Shown here: positions 1 to 9,699 of the stretch, one piece after another
Position numbering within the stretch: the stretch's first letter is position 1
Layout: each line of letters starts with the position of its first letter
DNA from: an uncultured Chloroflexia bacterium
Lineage (GTDB): Bacteria; Chloroflexota; Ktedonobacteria; Ktedonobacterales; JADMIN01
Direction of reading: 5' to 3'
Assembly (NCBI GenBank): GCA_963712005.1
Contig: CAVQGK010000024.1
Coordinates: 1,554,046 to 1,618,045 of the forward strand
DNA: 64,000 bases
Notes under the pieces: generated by a model
The model's database searches: none
Told to the model about the DNA's origin: nothing
What the model saw: only the letters and a program-made list of their open reading frames with translations
Translations under genes and position numbers: made by a program

Positions 1-45
1 AATCCGATACATAATGAGACACTCACCGGAAGTGAATACGCGCCG

Positions 46-1212
46 ATGCCGCTCGCCAGCCAGATAGAAGCCCTGTTCAGTCGCGCCGAACCGCGATTGC
101 AGCGGCTCGCCCGCGCGCGGCAGGTCGCGCCCGACGCGATAGACGACGTCATCCAGGAAACACTGCTGGAGGCCTGGAAATCGCTGGAGCAACTGCGCGA
201 TGAGACACGCTTCGTCGCCTGGCTGGATGGCATCTGCCGCAATGTTTGTCTGCGTTACCAGCGCAGGCAGGGCATCTTACGGACGCGCGAGACGCCGTTT
301 TCCCCCGGCGAGAGCGAGCCAGACGATGAATACGCGCTCGCCTTACAGCTTGCCGACCCTGACACGTTCGATCCCACCGAGGAGCTGAGCCGCCACGATA
401 TGACGCTGTTGCTCAATCGCGCGCTGGGCTATCTCTCGCCGGAGAGCCGGACGGCGGTGGAGCAGCATTATCTGGCGGAGGCGCCGCAGCGGGAGCTTGC
501 CGCGCGCATGGGTCTCTCGGTGAGCGCGCTGGAGGCGCGACTGCACCGGGCGCGGGGTCAACTGCTGCATGTCCTCAGCCACGATCTGCGCGACGACGCC
601 CTGGCGCTGGGGCTGGCGATTCTCCCCGCCGATGCCATTGACTGGCGCGAGACGCGGATCACCTGCTTTTACTGCGGCCAGGCGCGGATGTTGGGCATGT
701 TCGAGCCGATGGCCGACGGGCGCATCAACATGCGGCTGCGCTGTCCCGCATGCCAGCCGGTCGTGATCAACAGTCTCGGCATCGTCGATCTGGCGGCGGC
801 GCGCTCGTTCTTACCCGCCACGAAAAAGATCGTTCAGGAGATTGGGCAATATTTCCTGGATGCGCTTGCGGCCGATGGGATAACACAGTGCTGGATATGC
901 CAGCGGTCCACCCGATTGCGGATAATGAGTGATACCGCTGTTGCCCCCCACTATGGCGTACAGACCTGGCTTCAATCGAGTTGTGGATGCATCAGTTCGG
1001 GCATCTCAGCAATATCACCCTATGGAGTGCTTCCAGAGGTTCGCGATTTCATCTTCGGCGCCAGCGCCATCATCATCCTTCCTGAGATGGAGATGTGCTA
1101 TGCCGGGCAACGCGCAATCCGCTTTGGCGCGCTCAGCCCCGCCGACGGAAGGCGCCTCTACGTCTACGCCGATTGCCAGACCCTGCTGCCACTCGCGGTC
1201 ATCACCGAATAG
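46..1212 (+). CDS. ECF-type sigma-70 family RNA polymerase sigma factor with Cys-rich C-terminal extension
   Basis: 388-aa ORF. Region-2-like DDVIQETLLEAWK..FVAWLDGICRNV and region-4 HTH RELAARMGLSVSALEARLHRARGQL. The ~190-aa tail carries CFYCGQ..CPACQ and CWICQ Cys pairs. Confidence 0.8.
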   Translation: MPLASQIEALFSRAEPRLQRLARARQVAPDAIDDVIQETLLEAWKSLEQLRDETRFVAWLDGICRNVCLRYQRRQGILRTRETPFSPGESEPDDEYALALQLADPDTFDPTEELSRHDMTLLLNRALGYLSPESRTAVEQHYLAEAPQRELAARMGLSVSALEARLHRARGQLLHVLSHDLRDDALALGLAILPADAIDWRETRITCFYCGQARMLGMFEPMADGRINMRLRCPACQPVVINSLGIVDLAAARSFLPATKKIVQEIGQYFLDALAADGITQCWICQRSTRLRIMSDTAVAPHYGVQTWLQSSCGCISSGISAISPYGVLPEVRDFIFGASAIIILPEMEMCYAGQRAIRFGALSPADGRRLYVYADCQTLLPLAVITE

Positions 1213-1268
1213 CCCTTTTCACGGCTATTCCACCACGCTATCTCTGTCATCATCGGGAGGATTGTGTC

Positions 1269-2630
1269 ATGTCTGCGCTAGAAACCCCATCGGAGAGCAC
1301 GACGCCAGCCCGTGGGTCCGGGCCGCTCATCAACCGCAACTTCGCGCTGCTCTGGTCGGGGCAATCCATTTCCTTCATCGGCGATGCGCTGCTCGATTTT
1401 ACCTTCGCCCTCTGGATTGCCTTCGATCTCGGTCGCGGGCAGTCGTGGGCGCCGCTCGCGGTGAGCGGTGTGCTGGCCGCCTCTTCCGTGGGAACGCTCG
1501 TCATCGGCCCGATCTCAGGCGTCTTCGTGGACCGCTGGGATAAGCGCCGCACGATGCTGACGGTCATTCTGCTCCAGGCGTTCCTGTCCGCCACGCTGCT
1601 GCTCTTTGCCGATCTGACGCCGCTGCCATTTCTTCCCGGTGGACACCCCTCGCTCGAAGTGAAGCTGGTCGCGCTCTATGTCGTCATCTTCCTCGTCTAC
1701 GGTCTCGCGCAATTTGCCCGCGCGGCGCGCACCGCCCTCATCGGCGATATCGTCGCCGAGCCTGACCAACCGCAGGCGAGCGGGCTGATCGAGACGATGT
1801 CTGGTCTCTCGTTCATCATCGGCTTTGGCGTCGCGCCGCTGCTCTTCGTGCCGTTCGGCATCGGGATTGCGCTCCTGGCCGACGCGCTCTCGTTTGTGCT
1901 CGCCTTCCTCGCGATTCTGGCGGTCCATGCGCCGCCATCAGCCCGCAGTGTGAAACGGGGCGAGCGCGGCAACGTCCGCCGCGAATTCATCGCCGGATTA
2001 CGCTTCGCATTTGGCAATCTCGTCACGCGGACGCTGCTCATCACGCTGGTGATCGTGCTGTTTGGGTCGGGTGCGATCAATGCGCTCTTTGTCTTCTTTG
2101 TGGCGCAGGATCTGCACGCCTCACAGCAGGCAATCGGGCTATTCCCGGTGCTGCTTGGTGTGGGCGCCGTGCTGGGATCGCTACTGGGCGGCATGCTGGC
2201 GAAGCGCATTGGGCTGGTGCGCATCTTCTGGGGGTCTATCATCCTAGTAGGGATCGCCGCGATTGCGCTCTCGCGGCAGACCGCGCTGATCCCCGGCCTC
2301 GTCTGCGCCTTCCTGGTTGGCATACCTAACGGCGGGCTGAATGTGGCGCTGATGCCGCTGGTGCTGCGCGTTACGCCGAAGGAGATGGTAGGGCGCGTGA
2401 TGAATGTGATCGAGCCAGCCATGACCGTCGCGCAGGTGACCTCTATCGCCATCTTCGGGACGCTCGCCAGCACAGTCTTTGCCAGCTTCCACGCTGACCT
2501 GCTGGGGCAGGTGCTCGACGCCTACGACGCGCTCATCCTGCTTGCGGGGCTGCTCTGTCTGCTGGCGGGAGCGCTTGCCTTCACCAGCCTGCGCCGCGCC
2601 GACCTGTCCTCTGACACCTCAATGTCTTAG
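1269..2630 (+). CDS. MFS transporter
   Basis: ORF track 1095..2630. Internal ATG at 1269 is preceded by GGGAGG (1255-1260). About 12 hydrophobic helices and an MFS-like loop DRWDKRRTM. Confidence 0.85.
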   Translation: MSALETPSESTTPARGSGPLINRNFALLWSGQSISFIGDALLDFTFALWIAFDLGRGQSWAPLAVSGVLAASSVGTLVIGPISGVFVDRWDKRRTMLTVILLQAFLSATLLLFADLTPLPFLPGGHPSLEVKLVALYVVIFLVYGLAQFARAARTALIGDIVAEPDQPQASGLIETMSGLSFIIGFGVAPLLFVPFGIGIALLADALSFVLAFLAILAVHAPPSARSVKRGERGNVRREFIAGLRFAFGNLVTRTLLITLVIVLFGSGAINALFVFFVAQDLHASQQAIGLFPVLLGVGAVLGSLLGGMLAKRIGLVRIFWGSIILVGIAAIALSRQTALIPGLVCAFLVGIPNGGLNVALMPLVLRVTPKEMVGRVMNVIEPAMTVAQVTSIAIFGTLASTVFASFHADLLGQVLDAYDALILLAGLLCLLAGALAFTSLRRADLSSDTSMS

Positions 2631-2633
2631 CGC

Positions 2634-2657
2634 GGCGTCTCCACGTACGCCTTTTGG
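2634..2657 (+). terminator. weak rho-independent terminator candidate after the MFS gene
   Basis: GGCGT (2634-2638) pairs with ACGCC (2647-2651), followed by TTTT. The stem is only 5 bp. Confidence 0.35.
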
Positions 2658-2824
2658 CCATCGGTGTTGAACAGGACAATCCTCCCACTGTCGCCGGTAC
2701 GAATGGCTGCCTGTTTTGACGAGCGAGGGGCGAGACAATACCATGAAGCCACGGGGAAGCGACGGGACAGTGGCGGATGGGGAAGCCCCAGCCAGAAAGC
2801 CAGCAACCGAAGGAGAATACAACG

Positions 2825-3043
2825 ATGGCCAAGACGAAATCCAGCGGCGCGAGCCGCGAATTGAAACACGCCGCCGCCGAGGGGCATAAAGCGGCCAAGG
2901 CGGTACATAAGGTAGACAGCAGCGTCTACATGGCCGAGGTGCTGGCCAGCGGCAACCCGAAACGCATCCGCCGCTACTTCGTGCGCAAGTGGGCCTATAA
3001 GCTCTTTGGCAAATTCATGGGCAAAACGATCAACAAAATCTAG
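2825..3043 (+). CDS. small basic hypothetical protein (72 aa)
   Basis: ATG at 2825 follows AAGGAGAA. Lys/Arg-rich product MAKTKSSGASRELKH..FMGKTINKI. No family recognised. Confidence 0.5.
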   Translation: MAKTKSSGASRELKHAAAEGHKAAKAVHKVDSSVYMAEVLASGNPKRIRRYFVRKWAYKLFGKFMGKTINKI

Positions 3044-3198
3044 AAGCGCGAGCGGTTGAAACCGCGCCTGAATGGGCCTGCGGCCACAAAACTCGCCGTC
3101 GCAGGTTGCGGAACACGGGTACGCGTCCTCACGGTCTGGAGCCTGCGAAGGCAGGCTTGGCGGCGTAGCCCATAGGCGCGGCTTTAGCCGCCAGCTAT
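3044..3198. repeat. intergenic hairpin-cluster repeat (copy A)
   Basis: Stem-loops GCGGTTgaaAACCGC, AGCCTGCgaagGCAGGCT and GCGGCtttaGCCGC. The core 3138-3192 matches 63268-63328 in inverted orientation. Confidence 0.65.
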
Positions 3199-3792
3199 CT
3201 ACGACGGCCAGCGGGGATCGCTGGGAGTGAGGCTGAAGACCAGCGTGCTGCGCAGTTCGCCGTTGGCGTCGCGCGTGTCATTACGCAGGAGCGCCTCGCG
3301 CACGAAGCCCAGCCGCTCAGCCACCGCCGCGCTTCGCACGTTGCGTGCGTCACAGCGAATCATCACACGCTGTGCGCCCAGCGAGTCGAAGGCGAAGTCG
3401 GTCAGCAACCGCACCGTCTCGGCGACGTAGCCGTGCCCCTCGGCGCTGGCGCGAATCCAGTAGCCAATCTCGAACGCTGGCACATCCCAGCCGCGAATAT
3501 GCAGACCTGAGCCGCCCAGATAGCGTCCGCTGCTGGCCTCGAAGATGCCCACCGTCAAATCATCCTCTCGCAGCAGCCATTTCGCCTGAGTACGCAGGAT
3601 GAAGTCGCGTGTATCCTCGACGGTCTGGTGCTGCACGACCCATGGCAGCCAGGGCCAGAGGTGCTCGCGCGACTCATCGACAGCCGCGAAAAGCTCGTCC
3701 GCATCCTCCAGCCGGTAAGGGCGCACGACCACTTGCGGGCCGCGCAGCTCCTCGAAGAGCGGTATCAGCGTCCTGTGCCGGTACTGTTCCAT
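3199..3792 (-). CDS. GNAT family N-acetyltransferase (RimJ/RimL-like)
   Basis: ORF track 3199..3855; the likely start is MEQYRH at 3792. Acetyl-CoA-site-like GYWIRASAEGHGYVAETVRLL and RVMIRCDARNVRSAAVAERLGF. Confidence 0.8.
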   Translation of the reverse strand: MEQYRHRTLIPLFEELRGPQVVVRPYRLEDADELFAAVDESREHLWPWLPWVVQHQTVEDTRDFILRTQAKWLLREDDLTVGIFEASSGRYLGGSGLHIRGWDVPAFEIGYWIRASAEGHGYVAETVRLLTDFAFDSLGAQRVMIRCDARNVRSAAVAERLGFVREALLRNDTRDANGELRSTLVFSLTPSDPRWPS

Positions 3793-3922
3793 CAACGCGT
3801 ATCCTTTCACACTGTCTATGAGTCCGGTGATGTGCCGTATTTCATCTGGTATCATATGCTATCAGCCATTAAAGCTGCTATTGCCCGACTGCACCCGTCC
3901 GATGGAAGCGGAGAAACGTAAC

Positions 3923-4774
3923 ATGGACGCGAAAGCCATTGCCAATGGGACGCTGGCCGCGCTGGAGGCGGGCTACTACACCACACCCGACGACGGCGCG
4001 ACCGTTGCCATTCGCGACGCCCTTGCCGCCTGCGTGAGCAATACACGCTACTATGAGCCTGACGAACTGGACGCAATCTGCGGGCAGGTGGTGGCCCAGC
4101 CCGGCGCCGTCACAACGACCTTCGCCGTCGCGAACGAGACGACGCTCCAGGCATGCGCGCGGCTGGTTGCCAGCCAGCGGTACCAGCGCATCGGCGTCCT
4201 CAACTTTGCCTCGGCGCGCAAACCCGGCGGTGGCTTTCTGAATGGCGCACATGCACAGGAGGAGAGTCTGGCGCGTAGCTCAGGCCTCTACTATAGCCTG
4301 CGTCAGTATCCGCAATTCTACGAGTTCCATCGCGCCCAGGATACCACCCTCTACTCCGACCGCATGATGTACAGCCCGGCATGCCCGGTGCTGCGCGATG
4401 ACGAGGGCAATTGGCTGGCGCAACCGTATGTGGTGGACTTCATCACCAGCCCTGCGCCCAACGCGGGTGCGGTCACGCGCAACGAGCCTGCCAATCGCGA
4501 GCGCATCGTGCCGACCCTCACCGGGCGCGCGGGCAAGGTGCTCGCCCTCGCCGCTCACCATCAGTGCGAGGCGCTGGTGCTGGGGGCGTGGGGGTGTGGC
4601 GTCTTCCAGAACGACCCCGCGACCGTCGCGCAGGTCTTCGCGAGCTACCTCCACCCGGATGGCATCTTCGGCGGTCGGTTCCAGCATGTATCGTTCGCTG
4701 TCTATGACACATCGTATGCGCGGGAGACCATTGGCGCGTTTACAAAGTGCTTCGCGAGCTTTCCCGGCATTTGA
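3923..4774 (+). CDS. macro-domain, bacterial PARG-like protein (TIGR02452/DUF2263-like)
   Basis: Motifs GVLNFASARKPGGGFLNGAHAQEESLARSS and LVLGAWGCGVFQNDP. ATG at 3923 with GGAG upstream; ORF track starts at 3818. Confidence 0.75.
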   Translation: MDAKAIANGTLAALEAGYYTTPDDGATVAIRDALAACVSNTRYYEPDELDAICGQVVAQPGAVTTTFAVANETTLQACARLVASQRYQRIGVLNFASARKPGGGFLNGAHAQEESLARSSGLYYSLRQYPQFYEFHRAQDTTLYSDRMMYSPACPVLRDDEGNWLAQPYVVDFITSPAPNAGAVTRNEPANRERIVPTLTGRAGKVLALAAHHQCEALVLGAWGCGVFQNDPATVAQVFASYLHPDGIFGGRFQHVSFAVYDTSYARETIGAFTKCFASFPGI

Positions 4775-4887
4775 GCGCGTTTGAGCGCGTGGGAACCAGA
4801 AGCGCATCCGCGCCGTCTAATTGTCTGTTCGCCTCGACCATCCCGGAGATTGCCTGAGTGTGCTGTTGAGTTATCAGGAGTTGCGCA

Positions 4888-5454
4888 ATGCGTCGTTCTT
4901 CCTCATTATTTCGGTCGTTCTCGTCGTCCCGACAAGTGAAAAGGCCACATGTCCGCTCGACGTTGCTGCTGGTGGCGGGCGCGGTCTGCCTGCTCGGCGC
5001 GCTGGCGCTGGCCGGGTGCGGCGTCACCACCACCAACGTCGGTGGAGGAGGTGATGGCTCGCAGCCGACCGCAACTTCTGGTATCAACAATGGTGGGACG
5101 ATGTCCGTGAAACCGTGCCCAGGTGATTCGGTCACGTCGGCCCCAGCGCCGACGATTGTGCTGACGGTGAAGGACTCCTACAAGACGACGCAGGCGCACG
5201 TCGGCGATATACTCGAGGTGCAGCTCGACGCGAAGACCCACTGGGCCACACCTGCCCCTGGTGCGACCTCAGCGCTCGCGGCCATTCAGCCGCAGGGCGG
5301 CATGGACGATGCGTCGCAGACCTGCCAGTGGTTCTACAAGGCGTCGGCGCCCGGTAAGGTCACATTAAACTTTAGTGGCGCGCCACTCTGCGACCCCACA
5401 CAGGTCTGCCCGGCCATCGCGCGTGCTGAACAGTTCACGATCCAGGTGTCCTGA
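4888..5454 (+). CDS. secreted lipoprotein, function unknown
   Basis: AGGAG lies 7 nt upstream of the ATG. Signal peptide with lipobox LALAGC, then a Gly/Thr linker. Confidence 0.6.
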   Translation: MRRSSSLFRSFSSSRQVKRPHVRSTLLLVAGAVCLLGALALAGCGVTTTNVGGGGDGSQPTATSGINNGGTMSVKPCPGDSVTSAPAPTIVLTVKDSYKTTQAHVGDILEVQLDAKTHWATPAPGATSALAAIQPQGGMDDASQTCQWFYKASAPGKVTLNFSGAPLCDPTQVCPAIARAEQFTIQVS

Positions 5455-5653
5455 TCCACGCTCTTAGCATTCCTTGCCACTCATAATCGCCGCAACGCCA
5501 GCGGGCACATAGCGGTTGGGGGTCCGTGGCTGATAGAATGACGGTGACACATTGGCGTACACCACTGTGCGCCACAGATGTCCTACCATCAGCCGCGCTC
5601 CGCGGCGCGCGTGACAAGCGATCATGCCGCGCGCAGGAAGGAATGCAAAGAAC

Positions 5654-6499
5654 ATGGGCAAACTGATTGATAAACTCCAGCAGGTAAGACAATCTTCCAG
5701 CTCGGGTATTGGATTTTTTGGCCGCTCTCAGGCCGCCGCGTCGAAGCCGCGTCCGGCGGCGATTGTGGTGAGCGTTGGAGCGAAGGATACCGCCGCCGCG
5801 CAGTCCGCGGTGAAGGCCGGGGCCGATGCGCTGCTCTTCACCGGCTGGACACCCAAGAGTGACCTGAGCGCATTCACGGCGGCAACCAGCGCGGGGACGA
5901 CGCTGCTGGGCATCGGGCTGGCCGAGGGCGAGAGTGGCTCCTATGGCACGCTCAAGCAGCTTCGAGACGCGGGCGCGAGCTTCGCGGTCGTCGGCGCGGG
6001 CGCGTCGGCGCATATGCTTTTCGAGGAGTTGGACCACTTCGACCGCGTGGTGACATTCGATGCGCTGCAGGACGATTTGGCGCTTCTCCTGCTGCGCGTG
6101 CAGAATCTGGCGCCAGCGCAAGTGGCGCTGCTCCGTGTTGGCCTGAGCGCCGGCGCCATCGCGAAGATGTCCGTGACGGACTACACCCGGCTCAAGTTCG
6201 CGGTGGAGTCGCTCCGCTTCCCGGTGCTGGCGACGCTGGACGGCGCGCCGGAGACGCACAGCGTTCCCATTCTGGCGCGGCTCGGCTTCGCCGGTTTGGT
6301 GCTTTCGGGCGCTGGCGTGGGGCCGGACGCGCTGGGCACGCAGATCACGGCGCTGCGTGAGGAGCTGGAGCGGACGCCTATCTCGCACGACGAGTCCGGG
6401 TCCACCCTGCTCGGCGGTCTGGTCGGCCTCCAGGGGACTGGACTCACGCCGCAAAAGGAGCCTCAGCGGGAGCCAGAGCGCGACCCGGACCATGAATAG
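5654..6499 (+). CDS. hypothetical protein
   Basis: ORF track 5624..6499. Balanced composition with two similar Ala/Gly-rich halves. The overlapping 400-aa minus ORF is Arg-rich and looks like an antisense artefact. Confidence 0.55.
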   Translation: MGKLIDKLQQVRQSSSSGIGFFGRSQAAASKPRPAAIVVSVGAKDTAAAQSAVKAGADALLFTGWTPKSDLSAFTAATSAGTTLLGIGLAEGESGSYGTLKQLRDAGASFAVVGAGASAHMLFEELDHFDRVVTFDALQDDLALLLLRVQNLAPAQVALLRVGLSAGAIAKMSVTDYTRLKFAVESLRFPVLATLDGAPETHSVPILARLGFAGLVLSGAGVGPDALGTQITALREELERTPISHDESGSTLLGGLVGLQGTGLTPQKEPQREPERDPDHE

Positions 6500-6751
6500 C
6501 GGCGAGAAGTTGCTTTCAACGCCGTGCGGTTCCTCCCATATCGTGCCCGCAAAGCTGGTTGCGGCGCGGGCGTCCTGTGCGCATTGCAGCCCGGATGCAC
6601 TACGCCGTTGTACTATCAATGGCTGAATATGATACACTCGGCTGGGTACGCTACAGGGTGAGGATCACCCTCGGACGTTGTATGTGTTCGCCGATCAGTG
6701 CGGTGGCGAGGAGCCGTCGTGCGCGACATCCAGCGTGGGAGACAGAGGGGA

Positions 6752-7543
6752 ATGGGCACAGGCCGTTGGGACGATGATGGTCGCCGGGATCAGGGGCGGT
6801 CTCCACGAAACAGACGTATGGATGATGATCCACGTCAGAGCCGGATGGGCTCGCGCGATGGCGGTTCAAGCGGATGGGACCGTTCGTCACGCGATGGGTC
6901 ACGCTATCCACGGCGCGACGTAGATGATCAGGATAACGGCGGACGCGGCGGCTCGTATAACCGCGGCGGGCGCGCTGGTAGCTCCAATCGTGGCGGCTGG
7001 GATGACCCACGTGGCAGCCGCGGCGGCCCGCCAGACCGCTCCGGCGACCGCAGTGATCGCTCGATGCGTGGCGGGCGCCCGCCGGTGCGCGACGATTGGG
7101 ATGCGCCCTCACGCGGTCGTGGTGGCCCCGGTGGCAGTGGCGGTGGTTATCCCGGCGCGTCTCGCCGACCGCCACAGGGCGGAGGCCTCTGGGGTGATGA
7201 GCCACGGGGTGGCCGCCCACCTATGCGCGATCCACGCGACCCGCGCGCCGCGCGCGCTGGTGGCAGAAGGCCCATGGCGCCCGAGCCGGAAAAAGGCGAG
7301 TTCACCTTTGGCAGAAGCGCAGGGATTATAGCCGGTATGTTTCTGCTGGGCGTGGGCGTCGCGTTTATCATATTCATGGTCACGCGGCCCACACCACAAC
7401 TGGATAACACGCCAGCCGTGCCTACTAACACGGCTCCAGCGACAACACCGAGTACCGCGCCTAATGTGACGCCGTCGCCCGCTGGGTATGCCCCTGGCGC
7501 TGGTCCCGCGTATGTGGTCGTGAGTGTGGGCGCTATCGGGTAG
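6752..7543 (+). CDS. Arg/Gly/Asp-rich low-complexity protein with a C-terminal TM anchor
   Basis: ATG at 6752 follows GAGGGGA. Five W-D/W-G motifs in an RGG/RDD-rich region, then TM IIAGMFLLGVGVAFIIFMV and a Pro/Thr-rich tail. Confidence 0.55.
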   Translation: MGTGRWDDDGRRDQGRSPRNRRMDDDPRQSRMGSRDGGSSGWDRSSRDGSRYPRRDVDDQDNGGRGGSYNRGGRAGSSNRGGWDDPRGSRGGPPDRSGDRSDRSMRGGRPPVRDDWDAPSRGRGGPGGSGGGYPGASRRPPQGGGLWGDEPRGGRPPMRDPRDPRAARAGGRRPMAPEPEKGEFTFGRSAGIIAGMFLLGVGVAFIIFMVTRPTPQLDNTPAVPTNTAPATTPSTAPNVTPSPAGYAPGAGPAYVVVSVGAIG

Positions 7544-7588
7544 CATGGCGGTGTATGTGGAGTGGATTCCAGGAAGGCAGCAACGGGT

Positions 7589-8044
7589 ATGAGCGACGCA
7601 ACGCCGCAGGCTTCGGTCGAGGAGCGGCTGCGCAATGACCTCAAAGATGCGACACGGCAGCGCGATCAGGTGCGGATGGATACCATTCGTATGGCGCTGG
7701 CGGCATTCCGCAATGAAGAGGTCACCGGCTCGCGCCACGAGCTGACCGAGCAGGAGCGCCAGGCCATCCTGGATAAGCTCATCAAGCAGCGCCACGAGTC
7801 CGCCGAGCTATTCCGAACCGCCAAACGCGACGAGCTGGCTGAGAAGGAAGAGCGCGAGGCGGCGATGCTGGCGGCGTATCTCCCCGCGAAGCTGACCGAC
7901 GACGAGATTCGCGCGGTCGTCTCGCGGCTGATCGCGAAGCACGGCAAGGAGTTCCGCACGGTGATGCCACTGGCCTCGAAGGAGACGAAGGGCCGCGCCG
8001 ACGGCAAGCGCGTCAGCGAGATCGTCCGCGAAATGACGGCGTAA
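7589..8044 (+). CDS. GatB/YqeY domain protein
   Basis: LRNDLKDATRQRDQVRMDTIRMALAAFRNEEV and C-terminal GRADGKRVSEIVREM, typical of the YqeY family. Confidence 0.85.
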   Translation: MSDATPQASVEERLRNDLKDATRQRDQVRMDTIRMALAAFRNEEVTGSRHELTEQERQAILDKLIKQRHESAELFRTAKRDELAEKEEREAAMLAAYLPAKLTDDEIRAVVSRLIAKHGKEFRTVMPLASKETKGRADGKRVSEIVREMTA

Positions 8045-8073
8045 TCAACTTTCAACCGAAACCTCCAGTGAAA

Positions 8074-8112
8074 GCAGGCTCTCAGAGATGGGAGCCTGCG
8101 CTCTTCTTTCCA
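8074..8112 (+). terminator. rho-independent terminator after the yqeY-like gene
   Basis: 8-bp stem GCAGGCTC (8074-8081) / GAGCCTGC (8092-8099), 10-nt loop, then a T-rich tract CTCTTCTTTCC. Confidence 0.6.
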
Positions 8113-8189
8113 CTATCTCTCGTCCGGACACGTCCGTTGCCGCCTGGCATGCCCTCATGACAGAATACCTGTTGGGAACGGAGATCACC

Positions 8190-8741
8190 ATGTCAGGGCA
8201 GCGGTGGCGCGAGACAAGCTGCTACGATCCTCGTGTGGAGATTCGCCCGTTTGGCATCCAGGGTGGCGGGATGTATGCCCGTGCGCCGATTCATGCGGGC
8301 GTGACGGTCGCCATCATCGGTGGCACGCCGATGACCGACGCCGAATTCGCCGCCTATCGTGGGACCGTTGAGCGGTATAATGCGTCACAGATTGGTGAAG
8401 ACCTGCATCTGGTCGATCTGATTCAGACGCCTGATCAGGTAGAAGGCTCCATCAACCACTCGTGCGACTCTAATTTGTGGATGAACGACGAGGTGACCAT
8501 AGCCGCCCGCCGCGATATCGCGGCGGGCGAAGAGCTGACGCTCGACTACGCGCTGGTGACGAGCGACCCCGGCTGGCGGCTGGATCGTCCCTGCCAGTGC
8601 GGTTCGCCGCTCTGCCGCCACACCGTCACTGGGAGCGACTGGCGCCTGCTCGACGTGCAGCGGCGCTACGCGGGCCATTTCGCGCCGTTCCTGAATACGC
8701 GCATCGAAACGCTCAACAGGCTCACAGACGAGAAGAAATGA
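8190..8741 (+). CDS. SET domain protein (putative lysine methyltransferase)
   Basis: INHSCDSNLW, EELTLDY and post-SET CQCGSPLCRH motifs. Start chosen at MSGQRW (8190) downstream of the terminator. Confidence 0.8.
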   Translation: MSGQRWRETSCYDPRVEIRPFGIQGGGMYARAPIHAGVTVAIIGGTPMTDAEFAAYRGTVERYNASQIGEDLHLVDLIQTPDQVEGSINHSCDSNLWMNDEVTIAARRDIAAGEELTLDYALVTSDPGWRLDRPCQCGSPLCRHTVTGSDWRLLDVQRRYAGHFAPFLNTRIETLNRLTDEKK

Positions 8742-8751
8742 GAAGAAAAGC

Positions 8752-9663
8752 ATGCGACGCCTTCGGTTTCTGCAGTTCGATGTCTTCACCCGCGAACCCT
8801 TTGGAGGCAATCAGCTTGCCGTATTCTTCGAGGGCGACGACCTGAGCGATGAGAAGTTGCAGGCCATCGCTCGCGAGATGAACTACTCCGAGACGACCTT
8901 CATCCTGCCGCCGAGCGACCCCAAGGCGCTCTGTCGCGTGCGCATCTTCACTCCCGCCGCCGAGCTACCCTTCGCGGGCCACCCCGTCATCGGCACCGCC
9001 TTCGCGCTGGCGCAGGAAGGGATGATTCGCGCGGGCGAGTCGCCGGTCACGCTCCAGCTTGGCATTGGGCTAGTGCCGGTCGAGTTGCTCTATGAGGGCC
9101 AGCGCGCCGTCTTCGTCTGGATGTACCAGCCCACTCCCACCTTCGAGCCGTGGCAGGGAGACGCCAATCGGCTGGCCAGCGCGCTTGGCCTCACGCCTGA
9201 CGATTTCGACGACGCGATGCCCATCGAACGCGCAATGGTTGGCGTCAACCACGTGCTCGTGCCGATCCGCTCGCTCGACGCCATTGGCCGCGCCCATTCC
9301 ACGCCCGATCTGTTGGAGGCGCTGAACCTCCCGAACGAGCATCCCGGCTGCTTCCTCTTCACGCTCGACCGCACGGAAAGCGGCGCCGACATCCACGGGC
9401 GCATGTTCGCCCCAGCGATGGGCATCGGCGAAGACCCGGCCACCGGCTCGGCGGCTGGCCCGCTCGGCGTCTACCTCCTGCGCCACGGGCGCTTGTCCCC
9501 CGACGAGACCGGGCAGACGCGCGCGCGACTGGAGCAGGGCATCGAGATGGGGCGGCCAAGCACGCTGGATATCGCCATTTCCGGCAGCGCGGAGCAAATC
9601 GAGGATGTGCGCGTTGGTGGTGCTTCGGTGCTGATAGCGGAGGGTGAATTGCTGCTGCCGTAG
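8752..9663 (+). CDS. PhzF family isomerase
   Basis: N-terminus FLQFDVFTREPFGGNQLAVF, then NYSETTFI, and GEDPATGSAAGPLG near the C-terminus. Confidence 0.9.
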   Translation: MRRLRFLQFDVFTREPFGGNQLAVFFEGDDLSDEKLQAIAREMNYSETTFILPPSDPKALCRVRIFTPAAELPFAGHPVIGTAFALAQEGMIRAGESPVTLQLGIGLVPVELLYEGQRAVFVWMYQPTPTFEPWQGDANRLASALGLTPDDFDDAMPIERAMVGVNHVLVPIRSLDAIGRAHSTPDLLEALNLPNEHPGCFLFTLDRTESGADIHGRMFAPAMGIGEDPATGSAAGPLGVYLLRHGRLSPDETGQTRARLEQGIEMGRPSTLDIAISGSAEQIEDVRVGGASVLIAEGELLLP

Positions 9664-9699
9664 TGCCCCTGGTGACGGACCTACTTCTTGAGCGCCTTT

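Noticed and set aside
5435-6637. 400-aa minus-strand ORF
   Set aside because: Extremely Arg-rich with no motifs. It lies antisense to a better-looking plus-strand ORF (5654-6499). This is a typical high-GC antisense artefact.
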